From Chiloscyllium plagiosum (lineage: Eukaryota), in assembly GCF_004010195.1 (NCBI RefSeq), contig NC_057719.1:89535620-89599619 (forward strand): a stretch of 64,000 bases of DNA, written 5' to 3'. The position numbers were made by a program, and so were the translations under genes. The notes below the pieces were generated by a model. It saw only the letters and a program-made list of their open reading frames with translations. It searched no databases and was not told where the DNA came from. This document shows positions 12,552-26,559 of the stretch, piece by piece. The first letter of the stretch is position 1. Each line of letters begins with the position of its first letter.

Positions 12552-12920
12552 GTAAGTGCCAAGTCATCTCTCTCTTTCTATTGGGTTTTCTACTGAGCGT
12601 CTATCCTTTGCTTCTGTAACTCAACATTCCTGACACATGGAAAGGTGATTGTAATCTATCTGTACCTTTTCTTTCTCAACTCAGAATCAGTTATGGCAGA
12701 GAAAGATGCCATTCAGCTCACTGAGTCTCTGCTGGCACCCTGTGGAGTAATTCATTAAGTTCTATCCTTCCAGTGTATTCCTGTGAGCCGACAAGGTTAT
12801 ATCCTTCAAGTGACCATTTGTTTTCCTTTTAAAGTCATTGAGCATGTCTGCTTCTAGCCTGTGTTTTTTTTTATTCTTCCTCTCATAAAATCTGTATCCC
12901 CTAGTCATCAACTAATATCA

Positions 12921-13251
12921 TAGAATCCCTACAGTGTGGAAACAGGCCATTTGGTCCAACAAGTCCATACCGACCCTCCGAGAAACCCATCCGACCTATT
13001 CCCCAACCCTATTACTCCATATGTAGTCCTGACTAATGCACCTAACCTATGCATCCCTGAACACAATAGACAATTTAGCATGGCCAATTCACCTAACCCC
13101 TATATCTTTGGATTGTGGGAGGAAACCAGAGCAACCAGACAAAACCCACAGACTTGGGGAGAATGTGGAAACCCCACACAGTCGCCCCAAGCTAGACTTG
13201 AACCCGCATCCCTGGTGCTGTGAGGCAGCAGTGCTAACCACCGTGCCACCC
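12921..13251 (-). mobile_element. V-SINE (HE1-like), near full length, inside an old minus-strand CR1 (about 12680-13780)
   Basis: Head, V-domain and tail as at 3784-4100. Confidence 0.85.
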
Positions 13252-14846
13252 TCTAATGGATATAGGTTTTCCTTCTGTATCTTGTCCAAAGCTATAGTTT
13301 TGTAATCTCTATCAAATCCCTTTTAACTCCATTGCTTCAAGAAGAACAATCCCAAACTCACCAGCATGACCTTGTAATTAAAACTCCCCAGTCCCTGAAA
13401 CTATTTTTTTGTGGTGAACAGAACTATCTTCAGAACTCCAGTTTTTGCCTAACCACAGGTTTATTACGGTTCATCCTATCTTCCCTACTTTTGTACCCCG
13501 TACCCCTATTTATGAAGCTTCACCTCGCAATGCATTCTAACCATTTTCTCAATTAGTCCTGCCCACTTTAGTGATCGATGAGCATGAATTCCCAAGTTCC
13601 TCTGTTCCTGCACACACTTTAGAATTGTCATTTGTTTGTAAACCCTATTTCTAATACTTCTTCCAAAATGCATTACTTCATAGTCTCTGTTTAAATTCTG
13701 TCTGCCTCTTGTTTCTATATTCTACTGTAATCAACTAATATCATTCTCATGATTTGTCATTCCAAGCTGAGGATCATTAGCACGTTTTTAAATAGATTTA
13801 CCTTTCTTTTAAACATCAAAAACTGCTGCTGCACAACATTTCTAACTGTGCCAGTATTAGACTGAAACAACTTTTAAGCTTTATAGTTTAGTTTCAAAAC
13901 GTTTATGGTATAGGAATATTTAATGCAATTTGAATTGGTGATTGGGGACTGTGTTGGGTTTACAATTCTGCACAGTAACAAGTGGCCACTTCTTTGAGTG
14001 GATGTTAAGTTTGTGAGTATATATTTTCCCTGGTGCATCTACACTAGATAGACTGCAGTGTTTTAAGAAAGCAGCTCGCCACCATATTCTCAAGGGCAAG
14101 TAGTGAATGAGGCCCATGCCCAATCAGTGAATATTAAAACAAAATTAATTTGATATCCATACTTCTGGTATGCTCTACTAAGAGACATAATTCACCTGGT
14201 CTGCATTTCTGAACTTACCTTTATATGGACAGAATATTGTTTGTGAACCAACTGTAGTAGGAGTCAGCTATGTGAACTCCACTTTGTGGCATTAAATGAA
14301 CTCCTCATATTTAATCCAGCATCATGTGTGTTCTCCTCTGTGTCAGTTAGCTGTCAAAGCCCTGAGACAGGTGTGGTTTATTCAATGAATTGAAGATGTT
14401 AAGGTTTGTCATCTGGAGCAGTTTCTTAATTTATTGTGTCATTCCTGCTTGGGGTCTTTCAGCCCTGCTGCTGGAAGTCAAGTAAAATGCACTTTGTGTA
14501 GAACACATATAAGGTGTGAGGCTGGATTAATATGATATGTATTAAACATGTCATTTACAACATTATGTTTGATCGTAGATTGGACTTTATTTTTTAGGTG
14601 GCTGGCACCTGGTTTTTATTTAAAGCAATCATCCGTTTCATAGTTCTTATCTATTCAATAAATATTTTATTTATTTTAAGTACTAAATTTGACAAAAGCA
14701 CGCCTACACATTCTTCAGAGTGATTTTTAATAATTTTTTCAGTCTGGTGAGAGTACCAAAAAGCTGAAATATATATTCAGTGAATTACAAGATGACAGTA
14801 AGTTTCTTGGGGTGAAATATTAATGAGTATTACATTTATTTACCAG

Positions 14847-15027
14847 AACTGTTATAAATGCAATAAACCTTTTGAAGATCAGGAAACGAAGCATCACTGC
14901 AGAGCTTGTGGTGAAGGCTTTTGTGATGGTTGCTCATCAAAATCTAAGCCTGTTCCAGAACGTGGTTGGGGTTCAGCACCTGTCCGAGTTTGTGATGGAT
15001 GCTATGAAGCTGCAGTAATCAGAACAG
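14847..15027 (+). CDS. ZFYVE1: ZFYVE1 coding exon, FYVE domain 1
   Basis: taccag|AAC...ACAG|gtaatt; 181 bp. Contains CxxC, KHHCRACG, FCxxCS and RVCxxC FYVE zinc-finger motifs. Confidence 0.96.
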
Positions 15028-15222
15028 GTAATTTTATTCCCTGAACCATCTCCCACCTCTCTACAATGCCAATGGGTACTGTCTCTTAATTCTTGTCTTG
15101 TCCCATCCTATGTGTTTGGTAATATTTCCTGAGAAGCAGTGCGGGACACTTCATCATTAAAGTTCGAGATCAATGTAAGTTCTTTTTCTTATTTAATCAT
15201 CTTTGCTGACTTCAGCCAACTA

Positions 15223-15382
15223 CAGAGGAAGCTCAATTATCCAGAGGACACGGGCGGGATGTATTTTACTCGGTTAATGGAATGCCTGATAGCATAGTTT
15301 AGCCACGCATCGGGACGTTGCGATTTTGTTTAGACAATCCAAAATTCAGATAATCGATTGCCGGATAATTGAGGTTCCTCTG
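15223..15382. mobile_element. MITE of Tc1/mariner-pogo (Tigger-like) type
   Basis: TIRs cagaggaagctcaattatcc / ggataattgaggttcctctg, with TA on both flanks. Confidence 0.8.
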
Positions 15383-15739
15383 TATTTACAATAGTTGTTG
15401 TCAGGTTCAATGAGATGGCCTGAGTGAGTATATAGTTGGGGGATTTTGGAGCGGCATGAGAATTTGGTGCAGAGGGGAAGACTTACTTTTTGCTTGCTTT
15501 TTTGAATGATAGTTTTAAGGATTTTTTTAACAAGATAAATTGAAACCCAGGATTCAGGGCTAACACAAATCAAAGTGACATCACAGGAAATTAGTTCATT
15601 GGTTGGTAAGAGCTGCTAATTTGACTATATAATGTCTTTACTTTCAAGTTTATGGTAAGTAGGAGAAATACTGAAGATTAAAGACATGTAGGAACTTTAA
15701 AAATGCAAATTCAAAAGTAAATAACTAATTTGGAGAAAC

Positions 15740-16030
15740 AGGGTCAGCCAATGTGTTGTAACTATATAGTGTGGACGCTTATGAGCCCCATTGTGGGTCA
15801 TAGTAACCACATCTGTGGCAAGTGTTGGTTCCATGAGGAACTCTGGCTCAGAATTGATTAGTTAAAGTCTGAGCTTCAAACTCAGTGACACTTCATGGAA
15901 GAGGAGAGTTTCCTGGATGCTGTGTCTCAGGCGGCAGGCACACCTTGAGGGTTAAATATTTCAAATTTGACCAGTAGTCAGGGACAGGAGGGTGCGACTG
16001 CAAGTGAGGCAGGTACAGGAATTCTGAATT
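15740..16030 (+). mobile_element. CR1 ORF1 N-terminal fragment
   Basis: Encodes HICGKCWFHEELWLRID.LKSELQT, a zinc-finger/leucine-zipper remnant. Confidence 0.6.
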
Positions 16031-16059
16031 TTCCCAGCTTTGATCTCCTTGGTAACCTT

Positions 16060-17180
16060 GTTTCCACAATGGTTATGAGATCATGTTTATTTACCTTGTT
16101 TGGCACCATAAGTTTGTCTATCTGATTTATGTTTCCCTACGTTTAGTGCAATATGACATTCACACATTCTGTCCCTTCCTTTTATTTTCTGGTAACAATC
16201 AACCCTATCATTATCCTGGAATCCTACCTTCTCCATTAACTTTCCATGGAACTGAACCTACCTCGCCACTATTTAGTCTAAAGCCCTGTCTACCACCTTA
16301 GTTGTGTGATTTGCTTGGACTCTGGTCCCAGCATGATACGGGTCGAGTCTGACCCATCCGAACAGCTCCGTTTTCCCCAGTACAGGTGCCAGTGTCCCAC
16401 AAATTCCAACCCATTTCTCCTACCTATCTTAGATCAATCATTTGCCTCTTTAATCTTATTGACCATGTGCCAAATAGCTTGTGCTTAGATGGTTTTTAAC
16501 TTAGCCCCTAGTTTCTCATATTCCCTCAGATATCTTCACTCATTCTCTGAATATTGTTTGTACCGATGTGGACCATGACAACAGATCTCTCCTGCGCAAC
16601 CCCACCCTACCCCAGCCCAGCCCAGCCCAACCCAGTCCAGGCAAGCCCAACCCGCATTCATCCACAGCCCAGATGTGATATCCTGGACCTGTGCACCAGG
16701 CAGGAAGCACAGGCTTTGGGACTCTTGATACTGGCCACAAAGGACAGTGCCTATTCCCCTGCCTATACTATCCTCGATTACAACTATCTTTCTGTTTTCT
16801 CCCCACTCTTAAGTGCTTCCCTGTATCGCTCATCTGCCCTACAGACTTCACTCTCTTCCACACAGGGAGCAAGAATCTCAAATCCGTTAAATAAGCTCAA
16901 GGATTGAATGTTCTTCAGCCCAACCTGCTGGATCCCTCTATCTGCCTGTCTCATAGTCACACCCACCTGTCCCTGGTCATTGACCAAATTTGGGGTAGTT
17001 AATTCATGGGGTATGACTGCCTCCTGAAACAGTGTCCCCGTAACTATCTCCTTCCCTAATGTGCCCCCCTGTTTGAAGGTCAGACTCCAGCTGATCAACT
17101 CAGATCCTCAGCTCTCCAGACAACCAACACTACTATAGATGTGGTCACTAGGAATCACAATAAGGTCCAACACCTGACTG
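16060..17180 (-). mobile_element. CR1 ORF1 fragment (esterase-like)
   Basis: Minus strand gives SNGFEIL...IVVIEDSI.RGID and RVQDI remnants; 16940-17165 is homologous to 15790-16020. Contains (CCCAG)n at about 16600-16650. Confidence 0.65.
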
Positions 17181-17499
17181 CATCTCTGTTTTGTTTATTT
17201 AGTTCTTAATTTGTTTTTTTTATTTGTAACTGTTCTTTCAGTTTTCAATCTGTAAAATATTTCTGCTATTTACCTTCAGTCTAAAAATAACCTATAATAC
17301 ATAGTCAAATTAGCAGCTATAACTAGCCAATGGATGTATTGATTTCTATAGTGTCGCTCTTTGCTTTGTGCTGGGCTCCCAAATCTGGGCTTCAGTTTAT
17401 CCTGTTCAATTCTACACTGCTCCAAAATCTCAGAAGGACTTTCCCTAAGGCTCTGCCTTACTCTGGATGTGCTGTCTCCTTTCTGCTCATACGGTGCTT

Positions 17500-18968
17500 A
17501 CTGTCCTGAAGAAATTAATTGTGTATCTGGAAGAAGGACTGAGTAAAATTAATGTAAGTAAAACATTCGTAATGAGGAAATTAATCGAATTGAATAGTGA
17601 CAAATCCCTGGGACCTAACGGTTTCTGTCCAAAATTGTAGGAGAGCATGTTGTAGATACCCTTAACTGTAATCTTTAGATCCGTAGATATAGGAGACATC
17701 CCTCCAAATTGGAAGTATACACATGTCACTCCACTTTTTATGAAGGGCGAAAGAGGAAAACCAGGGAATGAGACACCAATTAGCCTAACACCCGTGGTCA
17801 GGAAACTATTGTAGCCTATAATCAATGATGAGGTAACTGAGCACCTTGAAATTTTTCAGTTATTCATGATAGATAGATCATGCTTGACAAACTTCATTGA
17901 ATTTTTGTGAACAGGTGACTGAGGTATGGACTGGGGAATATATATGGATGTTGTTTATATGGACTTGCAAGAAGGCATTTGATGAAATCTTACAGAAGCA
18001 TGCGCTAAGGTAGAAACCTACAGAATTGATGGCAAATTACTGACCAAGAGCTAGGAATTAGATTGAGTGGCAGGCGATAATGGGTTGGTACTCGAAGCAA
18101 CGCAGTGTCCCACCAGATCAGTGTTGGGGTCTGAATTATTCACATAGACTTGGCACAAAAGATTAAGGATAATCCAAAGAGATTCTGCAAGTGCATTAAG
18201 AGCAAAAGAGCAACTAGAGAGAGAATAGGGTCCCTTAAGGATCAATAAGATCGTCTCTGTTGAAACTCAGGGAGAGATACTAAATGAATATTTCGTGTCA
18301 GTTTTTATTGTGGAGAAAGAAGTGGTGGCTAGAGGTCTCGGGAAATAAGCATTGATATTTTGCAAACAGCTCATATTACAGAAGAGGAAATGCTAGAGCT
18401 CTTAGAAAATGTAAAGGTGTATAAATCTCCAGGACTTGATCAAGGGTATCCCGGGACATTGTGGGAAGTTAGGGAAGAAATTGCAGGGCCCCTGGCATAA
18501 ATATTTGTATAATTTATAACCATGGGTTAGGTGCTGGAGGACAGGGGGTGGCTAATTTTGTGCCTTTATATAAGAAAGGCTGTAAGGGCAAGCCTGGGAA
18601 CTAGGAGAGACTAGGACTGAAAGGCACAGCCTTAGAGTAAAGGGAAGACCTTTTAGAACGGAGATAAGGAGAAACTTCTTTAGTGGTGAATCTATGGAAA
18701 TCATCACCACAGAAGACAGTGGAGGTCAGGCCATTGAGTATATTTAAGACTGATATAGATAGGTTCTTGATTATCAAGGGGGCCAAGGACTATGGGGAGA
18801 AAACAGGAAAATGATGTTGAGAGACTTATCAGCCAAGATTGAATGGCAGAGCAGACTCGATGGCCGACTATTGATTTCTATAGTGAAATCCATTTCTAAT
18901 GGCCGAGTTTCTGCTCTGATGTCTTATGGTCTTATAGACCTGTGAGTCTGGCATCGGTGTGGGTAAGT
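17500..18968 (+). mobile_element. Patchwork of CR1-type LINE ORF2 and 3' fragments
   Basis: KSPG.D.. and .P.SLT.VV RT motifs; a CR1 3' end is inserted at about 18605-18935. Confidence 0.75.
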
Positions 18969-18970
18969 TA

Positions 18971-20065
18971 GAGTCATAGAGTCCTATAGTATAGAAACAG
19001 GCCATTTGACCCAAACGGTCCATGCTGACCAATATGTCTATCCATACTGACCCCATTTCCCTACAATTGTATCCCATGTCCTTCTAATCCTTTCCTATCC
19101 ATGTATTTGTCTAAATGTCTTTTAAATGTTGTTAATGTACCCGCCTCAACCACTTCCGCTGGCAGCTCGTTCCACATGCGTACCACCCTCTATGTAAAAG
19201 CAGTTGCCCATCAGGTTCCCTTTTATTCTTTCCTCTCTAACCTTAAACTGATGCCCTCAGTCCTCAATTCTCCAATCCTGGGAAAAAGACTAAGTGCATT
19301 TACTCTATCCATGACTCTCATGATCTTATAGACTTCTGTAAGGTCCTCCCTCAGTCTCCTGCACTGTAAAGAAAAAGTCTCAGCTTGTCCAATCTGTCCC
19401 TATAACTCAGACTGTTGAGTCCAGGTAACATTTTTGTAGACTTCTTCTACACTCTCTTTCCAGTTTAATAACATCCTTCTTATGGCAAGGTGACCAAAAC
19501 TGAACACAATTCTCCAAGTGCAGCCTCACCAATGTCCTGTATAAATGCAACATAGTTTCCCAACTTTTATACTCAATGCCCTAACTGATGAAGGCCGGTG
19601 TGTCAAAAGTCATCTTCACTGCCCTGTCTCCCTGTGACTCCACTTTCAGAGAACTGTGAACCTGAACTGAAAGATCCTTCTATTCCACTACACTCCTTAA
19701 GGCCCTACCATTCACCATGAAACTCCTGCCTTGATTTGACTTTCCAAAATGCAAGACCTCACACTTATCTATATTAAATTCCATTTGCCACTTCTCAGCC
19801 CACTTCCCCAGCTGATCAAGGTGCCACTACAATTTCTGATAACCTTCCTCTGATAACTGTCCATGACACAGCCAATTTTAGTGTCATCAGCAAACTTACT
19901 AATCATACCTTGTACGTTTTTATCCACATCATTGATATAGATAACAACAATAAAGGGCCCAGCACTGACCCCAGGGGCACACCACTAGTTACAGGCTTCC
20001 AGTCTGACAAGCATCCTTCCACTATTACCCTCTACTTCCTACTATTAAGCCAATTTTGAATCCAA
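18971..20065 (-). mobile_element. CR1-type LINE (RT and 3' end) inserted antisense into another CR1
   Basis: tagagtcatagagtc tail at the left end and RT motifs on the minus strand; host CR1 sequence resumes after a duplicated aagtt. Confidence 0.85.
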
Positions 20066-21953
20066 AGTTGCTGGAGGTGATTCTGAGAGATATGAATTAC
20101 ATGCAACTGGAGAGGCAAGGACTGATTAGGGAAAGTTAGTATGATTTTGTGCGAAGGAAATTGTGTCTCAAACTTGATGAACTTTTATGAACAAATAACT
20201 AAAAAGGTTGACGAGGGCAAAGTGGTAGATGCGGACTTTAGTAAAGCATAACATGATTCTACATGGTAGATTAATTAGTAAGGTTAGATCACATGAGATT
20301 CAGGATGAGCTTGGCAGTTGAATACAAAATTGGCTTCTTGATAGGAGACCGAGGGTTTGGTGGAGGTTGTTTTTTTAGTTTAGGGGCTTGTGACCAGTGC
20401 TGCTGTTATGATGACGGTGAACCTTCTGTTAATTAAGCCAAACACCCAGGAAAACTCGCCTTGTAATCTGTTGAACTATGAGTGACAGAGAACTCCCAGA
20501 TTCTACTGTTTGAAGAAAATAATATCAATTTATTCTTTAACTCTAAAAGTGAACATTAAACGACAACTATTCACAAATCTAAGCCCCCTTTTCTCTTAAC
20601 TGCTTATTACCTCCCTCCAACTCTATAACAATATGCTGTTCCACTAAGACACGTTTTAAAATTACATCAACTTAGTTACAAAAGCACACAGTAGCTGTCA
20701 TCTTTGGTGTCTGTCTTCTTCCAGCTGAAGATCTCCCTGGATCGTAGTCTTTATTTTTTACTCCGAATATGTTTCATACAAAAAGGTACCTTTGATAGAG
20801 AGTGTTTCTTACTTTCTTGGATGTGTGTTGATGGCAGTTGCTCTCTTTGATTTTCAAAATGCCTGCATTTTTATATCCCCAACAATGGATTGTCTCATTG
20901 GTTCAATTTTAGCAAAACAATAAATTCAAACTCGATTGGGTTTTAGTACCCTGGAGCATAATTTAAATTCAAATTGTTGTCAAAACAGCAAACAACTCGG
21001 GTATCCATTTCATAGCCAAATGTTACAAATTTTCAATTTTTCTGTACTCTCTAAGACTACCATCTCATCATATCACACAGGTGCTTGCAAGCTCTCAGTT
21101 CAGAACAGCATTCACACTCTCTTAAAGTTACAGTATGTGCCTTCAACTTCATAGCAGTGTTCCACAGGAATTGGTACTCAGTCTGCTTTTGCTTGTCACT
21201 TATATAAACATTTGGATGAGAATATTGGAGGCATGACTATTGACTTTGTCTTTGAGACCAAAATCAGTGTTATAGTGTACATCTCTGAAGGTTATCTCAG
21301 ATTGCAAAGAGATCTTGATCAGTTGAACCAATGGGCTGAGGAGTAGCAGATGGAGTTTAATTTAGATAAATGTGAGATATTGACTTTTGGTAATACAAAA
21401 AAGGATTACCTTTTGTAATAGTAGGGCACTGGATAATAAAACAAAGACACCGAGGGACCCAGGTGCATAATTCTTTGAAATTTGTGTCCCAAATAAATAG
21501 GTTAGTTGATAAGGCATTCAGCATGCTTGTCTTCATTACTCAGACCTTTAAGTTGGGAAATCATGTTGAGGTTATACAGGATGTTGGTGAGGCATGTTCT
21601 GGGGTGGTGTGTGTAGTGCTGGTCTCTCCAACATGCTGTTAGAGATGCTGTTAAATTGGCAGGGGTTCAGAAAAGATTTACCAGGTGTTGCTGGGAATAG
21701 AAGGTTTAAATTATGAAAATAGGCTGGATAGGTTGAAACCTTTTTCACTGGAGCGTAGGAGGTTGAAGGCTGACCGTATAGAGGTTTATAAAATCATGAG
21801 GGGTATAGATAAGGTGAATAGCAGTGATCTTTTCTCTAGAGTGTGGGAGTTCAAAACTAGGGACTGTATTTTTATGGTGACAGGAGAAAGATTTTAAAAA
21901 GTCCTGAGGGGCAATGTTTTTACACAGAAAGTGATGAATGAACTGCCAGAGGT
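20066..21953 (+). mobile_element. CR1-type LINE RT region interrupted by a solo LTR
   Basis: DFSKA and LERRRL.AD.IEVYKIMRGID motifs. Confidence 0.8.
20404..21156 (-). mobile_element. Solo LTR (about 753 bp)
   Basis: TGTTATGA...TCATAGCA inverted termini. Interrupts the CR1 motif gtgaccagtg|gtgttccacagg with a decayed 4 bp TSD. Second copy at 6960-7626. Confidence 0.8.
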
Positions 21954-22454
21954 AGCTCACTCTTGATATCCTATGGAGTGAATCAAATTAGCTAAAAACC
22001 ATTTAGCACGGTGATATGCCTCACAACATGATGAAGGGTATTCTTATGTGAGGCTCGGACTTTGTCTTCACAAGGACTGTGCGATGGCCACTTTTACCGA
22101 TCAAGTCATGGACTAATGCAACTGCAACTTCAGATTGGTGAAGATGAGGTCAAGTAAATTTCTCCCTCTTGGTGTGTTCACCACCTGCCGCAGACATAGT
22201 CTAACAGCTCTGTCCTTTAGGTCTTGGCTGGCTTGATCAGTAGTGCTGCTGCCGAGCATTTTTGGTGGTGGACATTGTCTATACCCTACCTTTGTTATGC
22301 TTCTTCCAAGTGATGCTGCCAGACCTGCTGAGTTTCTTTTATATTTCCTGTTTTTAATATTGGGACCTTCCTTGTTCATGTTTCACCTGATGGTATGAGA
22401 CCTCACTAAATACAGCTACTATCACAAAGATAAATATAGATACTATGGAAATAA

Positions 22455-23300
22455 AACATATTTTTGCTGGAAATCTGAAATTAAAACTCAGATTGCTTAA
22501 TGCACTAAGCCTTTGTGGAGAGAGGAACCGAGTTAATGTCCCAAATTAATGACATTTTGTCAAAATAGGGAAGCTTAGAATGGAAATGACATTGGTTCTA
22601 AGCAGGGGTAAATGGGGAAGCTGGAAAGGAACTGTTTATCATTGAGATGCAGGCTGGGGAAATTTCATGAGGAAACAGTGCACAGCTAAAGGGAATGGAA
22701 ATGGGACAAGTAACAAAACAAACCATGTCTTGAGAGGGAGAGTGAATGATGCATAATGTTGACAACTGTCCAAAAGCAAAAGTGACAGTAAGATTGGAAG
22801 CTGCAAAGAAAACTGAAATGAAATGGGGGGAGGAGTTTATGATCTGAAGTTGAATCTTGGTGTGAAGTGCCGAATTCAAGTGTTTCAACACAAGCTCATA
22901 AGGTCATAGCTTTCATCTAGAGAATGTCTGGCCTTCCAGACTCATCATTGACTTTTAGTAATTTCAGACCATGACTTCTACTTTCTTGTTTCCTTTCTTG
23001 ATGCAGATTTTAGTATTACTCTCATTTTTCTTTTGTTTTTTGGTTGCTGCACATCATTTCTACTTCCACAAATGCTTCTTCGCTGGGCCCTTTTATTGCC
23101 TTTGCCGTTGCATCTCCAATGTCATTGTCATCCAATCTCAGTCTTCACTTATCACCTTTGTTCCTTTTTCACTCGCCCCTTCCATTTGCTTGTCCTTTCT
23201 CAGCTCTGATGAAAGGTCACAGACCTGAAACCTAACTTTGTTTCTCTCTCCACAGATGCTGCTTGACCCTGCTGAGTATTTCTAGCATTTTTGTTTATGT
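22455..23300. mobile_element. Old Penelope-like fold-back derivative
   Basis: Purine-rich left arm and pyrimidine-rich right arm carry the family tail in opposite orientations; hammerhead motif at 23201-23237. Confidence 0.55.
23201..23237 (+). ncRNA. Hammerhead-ribozyme-like motif (cleavage triplet decayed)
   Basis: CTGATGA-A-AGGTC-aca-GACCT-GAAAC. Confidence 0.55.
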
Positions 23301-23699
23301 GCTTGTTCAAAGACCCAGAATGAGCACAGGCCTCCTCCAGCATGGTAAGTTTTTAAGTCTTTTTTAAATGGAGACCAGACTCCTTCCCAAAGGGGCAAAA
23401 GACAGACTAAATCACTGAACCACCACACAATCTTTTTTGAAACTTCTTAAGAGGGGCTGATGTGTTGAGAAAATATGAGCTTGCCATTCCTCGAGCTGCA
23501 GTATGTATATTTTTGAGAAACTAAGGAATTGGGAGGTCGGGAGAATAGGAATAATTCCCATTCAGAAGTGAAGATCATTATTTTAACCAAGCTGATGTTT
23601 CTGTTCGTCTTTCCTGATCTGAAAGTAATTTGGAGCAGGGCAAGAAAAATCGGCAGCAGTCACATAGATAGAGATACATGAATACACGTAGTAGCAATT

Positions 23700-24162
23700 T
23701 CGCAAACAGACAGAAATCGCTGGAGAAACTCAGCAGGTCTGGCAGCATCTGTGCAAAAAAAGCAGGGTGACCGATTTAAATCTAGTTACCCTCCAGAACT
23801 GATATTAGCTAGGAAAGGATAGTATTTATGCTAAAGACAAATAATGGAGAAGGTGAAAAGGAGTGAGCAGATAGGCAGAGATAGAGAACAACAGGGAGAC
23901 AAAGAGTTGGATGATAATATCCAGGAAGAAAGAAAAGCTAATAATGGGAGCCATAAATAGGTGAAAATGGGTTAACTGTGCTGAAAGCAGCCCAGGACAT
24001 ACCAGCACCAGGGTGTGGGAAGGGGTAAAGGACGTAGGAAGTGGTGATCTGGCTCTAAATTGATTGAACTTAACATTCAGTCCTGAAGGCTGCAGGGTCT
24101 CCAAGTGGAAAGTGAGGTGCTGTTCTTCCAGCTTAGACTAATCCTCACTGGAGCACTGCAGA
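23700..24162 (-). mobile_element. Penelope-like (Neptune-type) 3' fragment
   Basis: Minus strand LEEQHLTFHLETLQPSGLNVKFNQF is homologous to the GIY-YIG C-terminus at 1900-1985, followed by the family tail. Confidence 0.7.
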
Positions 24163-24612
24163 ATCAGACATTTCATGAACCTGATTTTAGTGTCGCTGAG
24201 GCTGGAGGTTGAATATTCATGACATTTCAGAAGAATGGAATGGAAAGGAAGGTGAAGCAGGTAGAGTAGCTCTGCTTATACAGAATGAGATCTGTACAAT
24301 CGTGAGAAATTATCTTGGTTCAGGAGATCAATATGTGCAGTCAGTTTATGTGGAGTTGAAATATAGGGAAGGAAAGAAATCAGTAATTGGAGTAGTTTTA
24401 TAGGTCGCTAAGAGTATCTACATAGTAGGATAGAATGTATATCAAGAAATAGAGCTAGCAAGAAAGGTACTGCAATAATCATGGATGAATTAAAGATTAA
24501 TATCAATTGGACAAATCAAATTGGCACAGCACTCTAGAAATATACTTACAACGGTATTTGGCACAATTTCTAAGTACAATGTGTTCTGAAGCTTAGTAGG
24601 AATGGGCCTATA

Positions 24613-24852
24613 GCGTGGGTTTCCTCCGGATGCTCCGGTTTCCTCCGACAGTCCAGAGATGTGCAGGTTAGATAAACTGGCCATTCTAAAGTGCCCATAG
24701 TATTCAGGTATGTGTAGGTTATGTGCATTAGTCAGGGGAAATGTAGAGTAATAGGGTAGAGGAATGAGTCTGGGTGGAATGCTATCGGGGAGTCGGTGTG
24801 GACTTGTTGGGGCAAATAGTCTGCTTCCACACTAGAGGATTCTACGATTCGA
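24613..24852 (+). mobile_element. V-SINE, 5'-truncated, within decayed CR1 sequence
   Basis: gcgtgggtttcctccggatgctccggtttcctcc V-domain and tail. Confidence 0.8.
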
Positions 24853-25890
24853 TTTTGAATCTGGTGATATGATTTGAGAAAGAGAAATGTGAGTCCGTTA
24901 CTGGTGTTGTAAACTTAAATAAAGGTAGTTAAATAGGTTTAGAAAAAAAAGTTGATAGTGAACTGGGATAATAGGTAAGATGGTGGAGATGTAGTGACAG
25001 ACATTTAAGGAGATATTTGATGACTCAAGTATTTATTTCACTGAGGGAGACAAACTGTTTCAGAATGGTTGAATATGAAAATCAAGACTGGTAGAAAGCA
25101 AAGATATGTTCAATACTGTGAATGTTTTATGTAGTTAGAACTAAGAGTTTTAGAAACCAGGAAAGAATAGCTGAAAAATACAGGACAACTTGGAATACGT
25201 GAGTAAATAGTAAGAAATACAAATAGCTAAAATCTGCAAGTATAAAAAGAAAAAGAATAGACAAAATGAGCAGTTTACCTTTTAGAGACTGCAGAGTATT
25301 TTAAATCTGTTTTCACAGTAAATGTCACACGATGCATCCGGGGATGAAAATTTAGAGCAATTGCTATCATTTTGAGGGAAAAAAATTACCAGGAAACCTA
25401 ATGGGGCTAAAATCTGACAAGTCGCCTGCATCAGATAACCTGTATCCTTGAGACTTCAGAAGTGACAACAGAGATAGAGAATGCATTGGGTTGAGTTTAG
25501 AAGAGGCAATCTTGCTGAATAATTCTAAGGTGCCTTGATGGTTTAGATGCTGAGAGTATATTCACCCTCGTGAGATTAGGTAGCACAGCTTTTAAGTATG
25601 GGGATCTCCCATTTATGTAGATGAGGAGGTTTCTTTTTGCCAAGGGTAGTTATTCTGTGGAATTCTCTTCCTCAGTGAGCAGTGATTGCTGGGACATTGT
25701 TAATCGAAATCTGTCTAACACTGACTTGAATATATGCAGGGATGAGGTTTATAGGGAACAGGAAGGACAGTAGACTTCGAGCCACATTAGATCAGCCATG
25801 ATCAGGCTTGAAAGGCTGAATGACCTATTCAGACTTCTGTTCCTTCTTTCCTTGTAAATTTCAGAATAAGTGATTTTACTGCTGTGTTCT

Positions 25891-26108
25891 GTAGACTGGT
25901 TAACAAGGTTAGATCATATGGAATACTGGGAGAGCTAGCCATTTGGATACATATCTGGCTTCAAGGTAGGAGATAAAGGGTGGTAATGGCTTTTCAGTTT
26001 GGAGCCTGTGATCAGCGGTGTGCCACAAGAATTGGTGCCGGGACCACTGCTTTTTGCCATTTATATAAAATGGTAAGGATGTGAACATAGGAGGTATGTT
26101 TAGTGAGT
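25891..26108 (+). repeat. Local duplicate of the CR1 segment at 26967-27180
   Basis: About 215 bp, near-identical, including variants unusual for CR1 (ggaatactgggagag, atggtaaggatgtg). Confidence 0.85.
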
Positions 26109-26559
26109 GGATTGTGGATAAAGGTGCCTAAGCACAGAATCACCATTAGTTGCGATGCAGTGGTGGATGTGCCAGATGCTCAGTTAAGGTTTCAGTTTCC
26201 ATTGTTGTCTCATATGTTTTTAGCTGGAGGCCTTTTCATGTTAAGACGGCAGAAATTAAACTGATAATTTTAATTTCTTTGGTCAAGATTGGTAGTAATG
26301 GAACAAAAGCTTTGTTCTTTGTTTGGTGTCCTTGTGAATGCTCACTTCTTTTAATGTAACTCCATGAATTGCAAGAGCCAGTGGACAGGACAAAATTTAC
26401 TTTAAAAATTTTTTCATTTGCAACTGTGAGTTAGTTTGTACATTTTTAAATCTTCCAATGTTTCTTCCAGTGATCCTTTATTTTCAATTTTATTCTGAAT
26501 GTTCTAAAGATGCAAACATCGTGTTTTACCTCTGACTTGGTTTTTAGGCTCCAGTTTAT

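Noticed and set aside
23250..23350. Extra ZFYVE1 exon (ccacag|atgct...catg|gtaagt)
   Set aside because: It lies in a Penelope-derived tail, has no ZFYVE1 similarity and is not needed to keep the frame.
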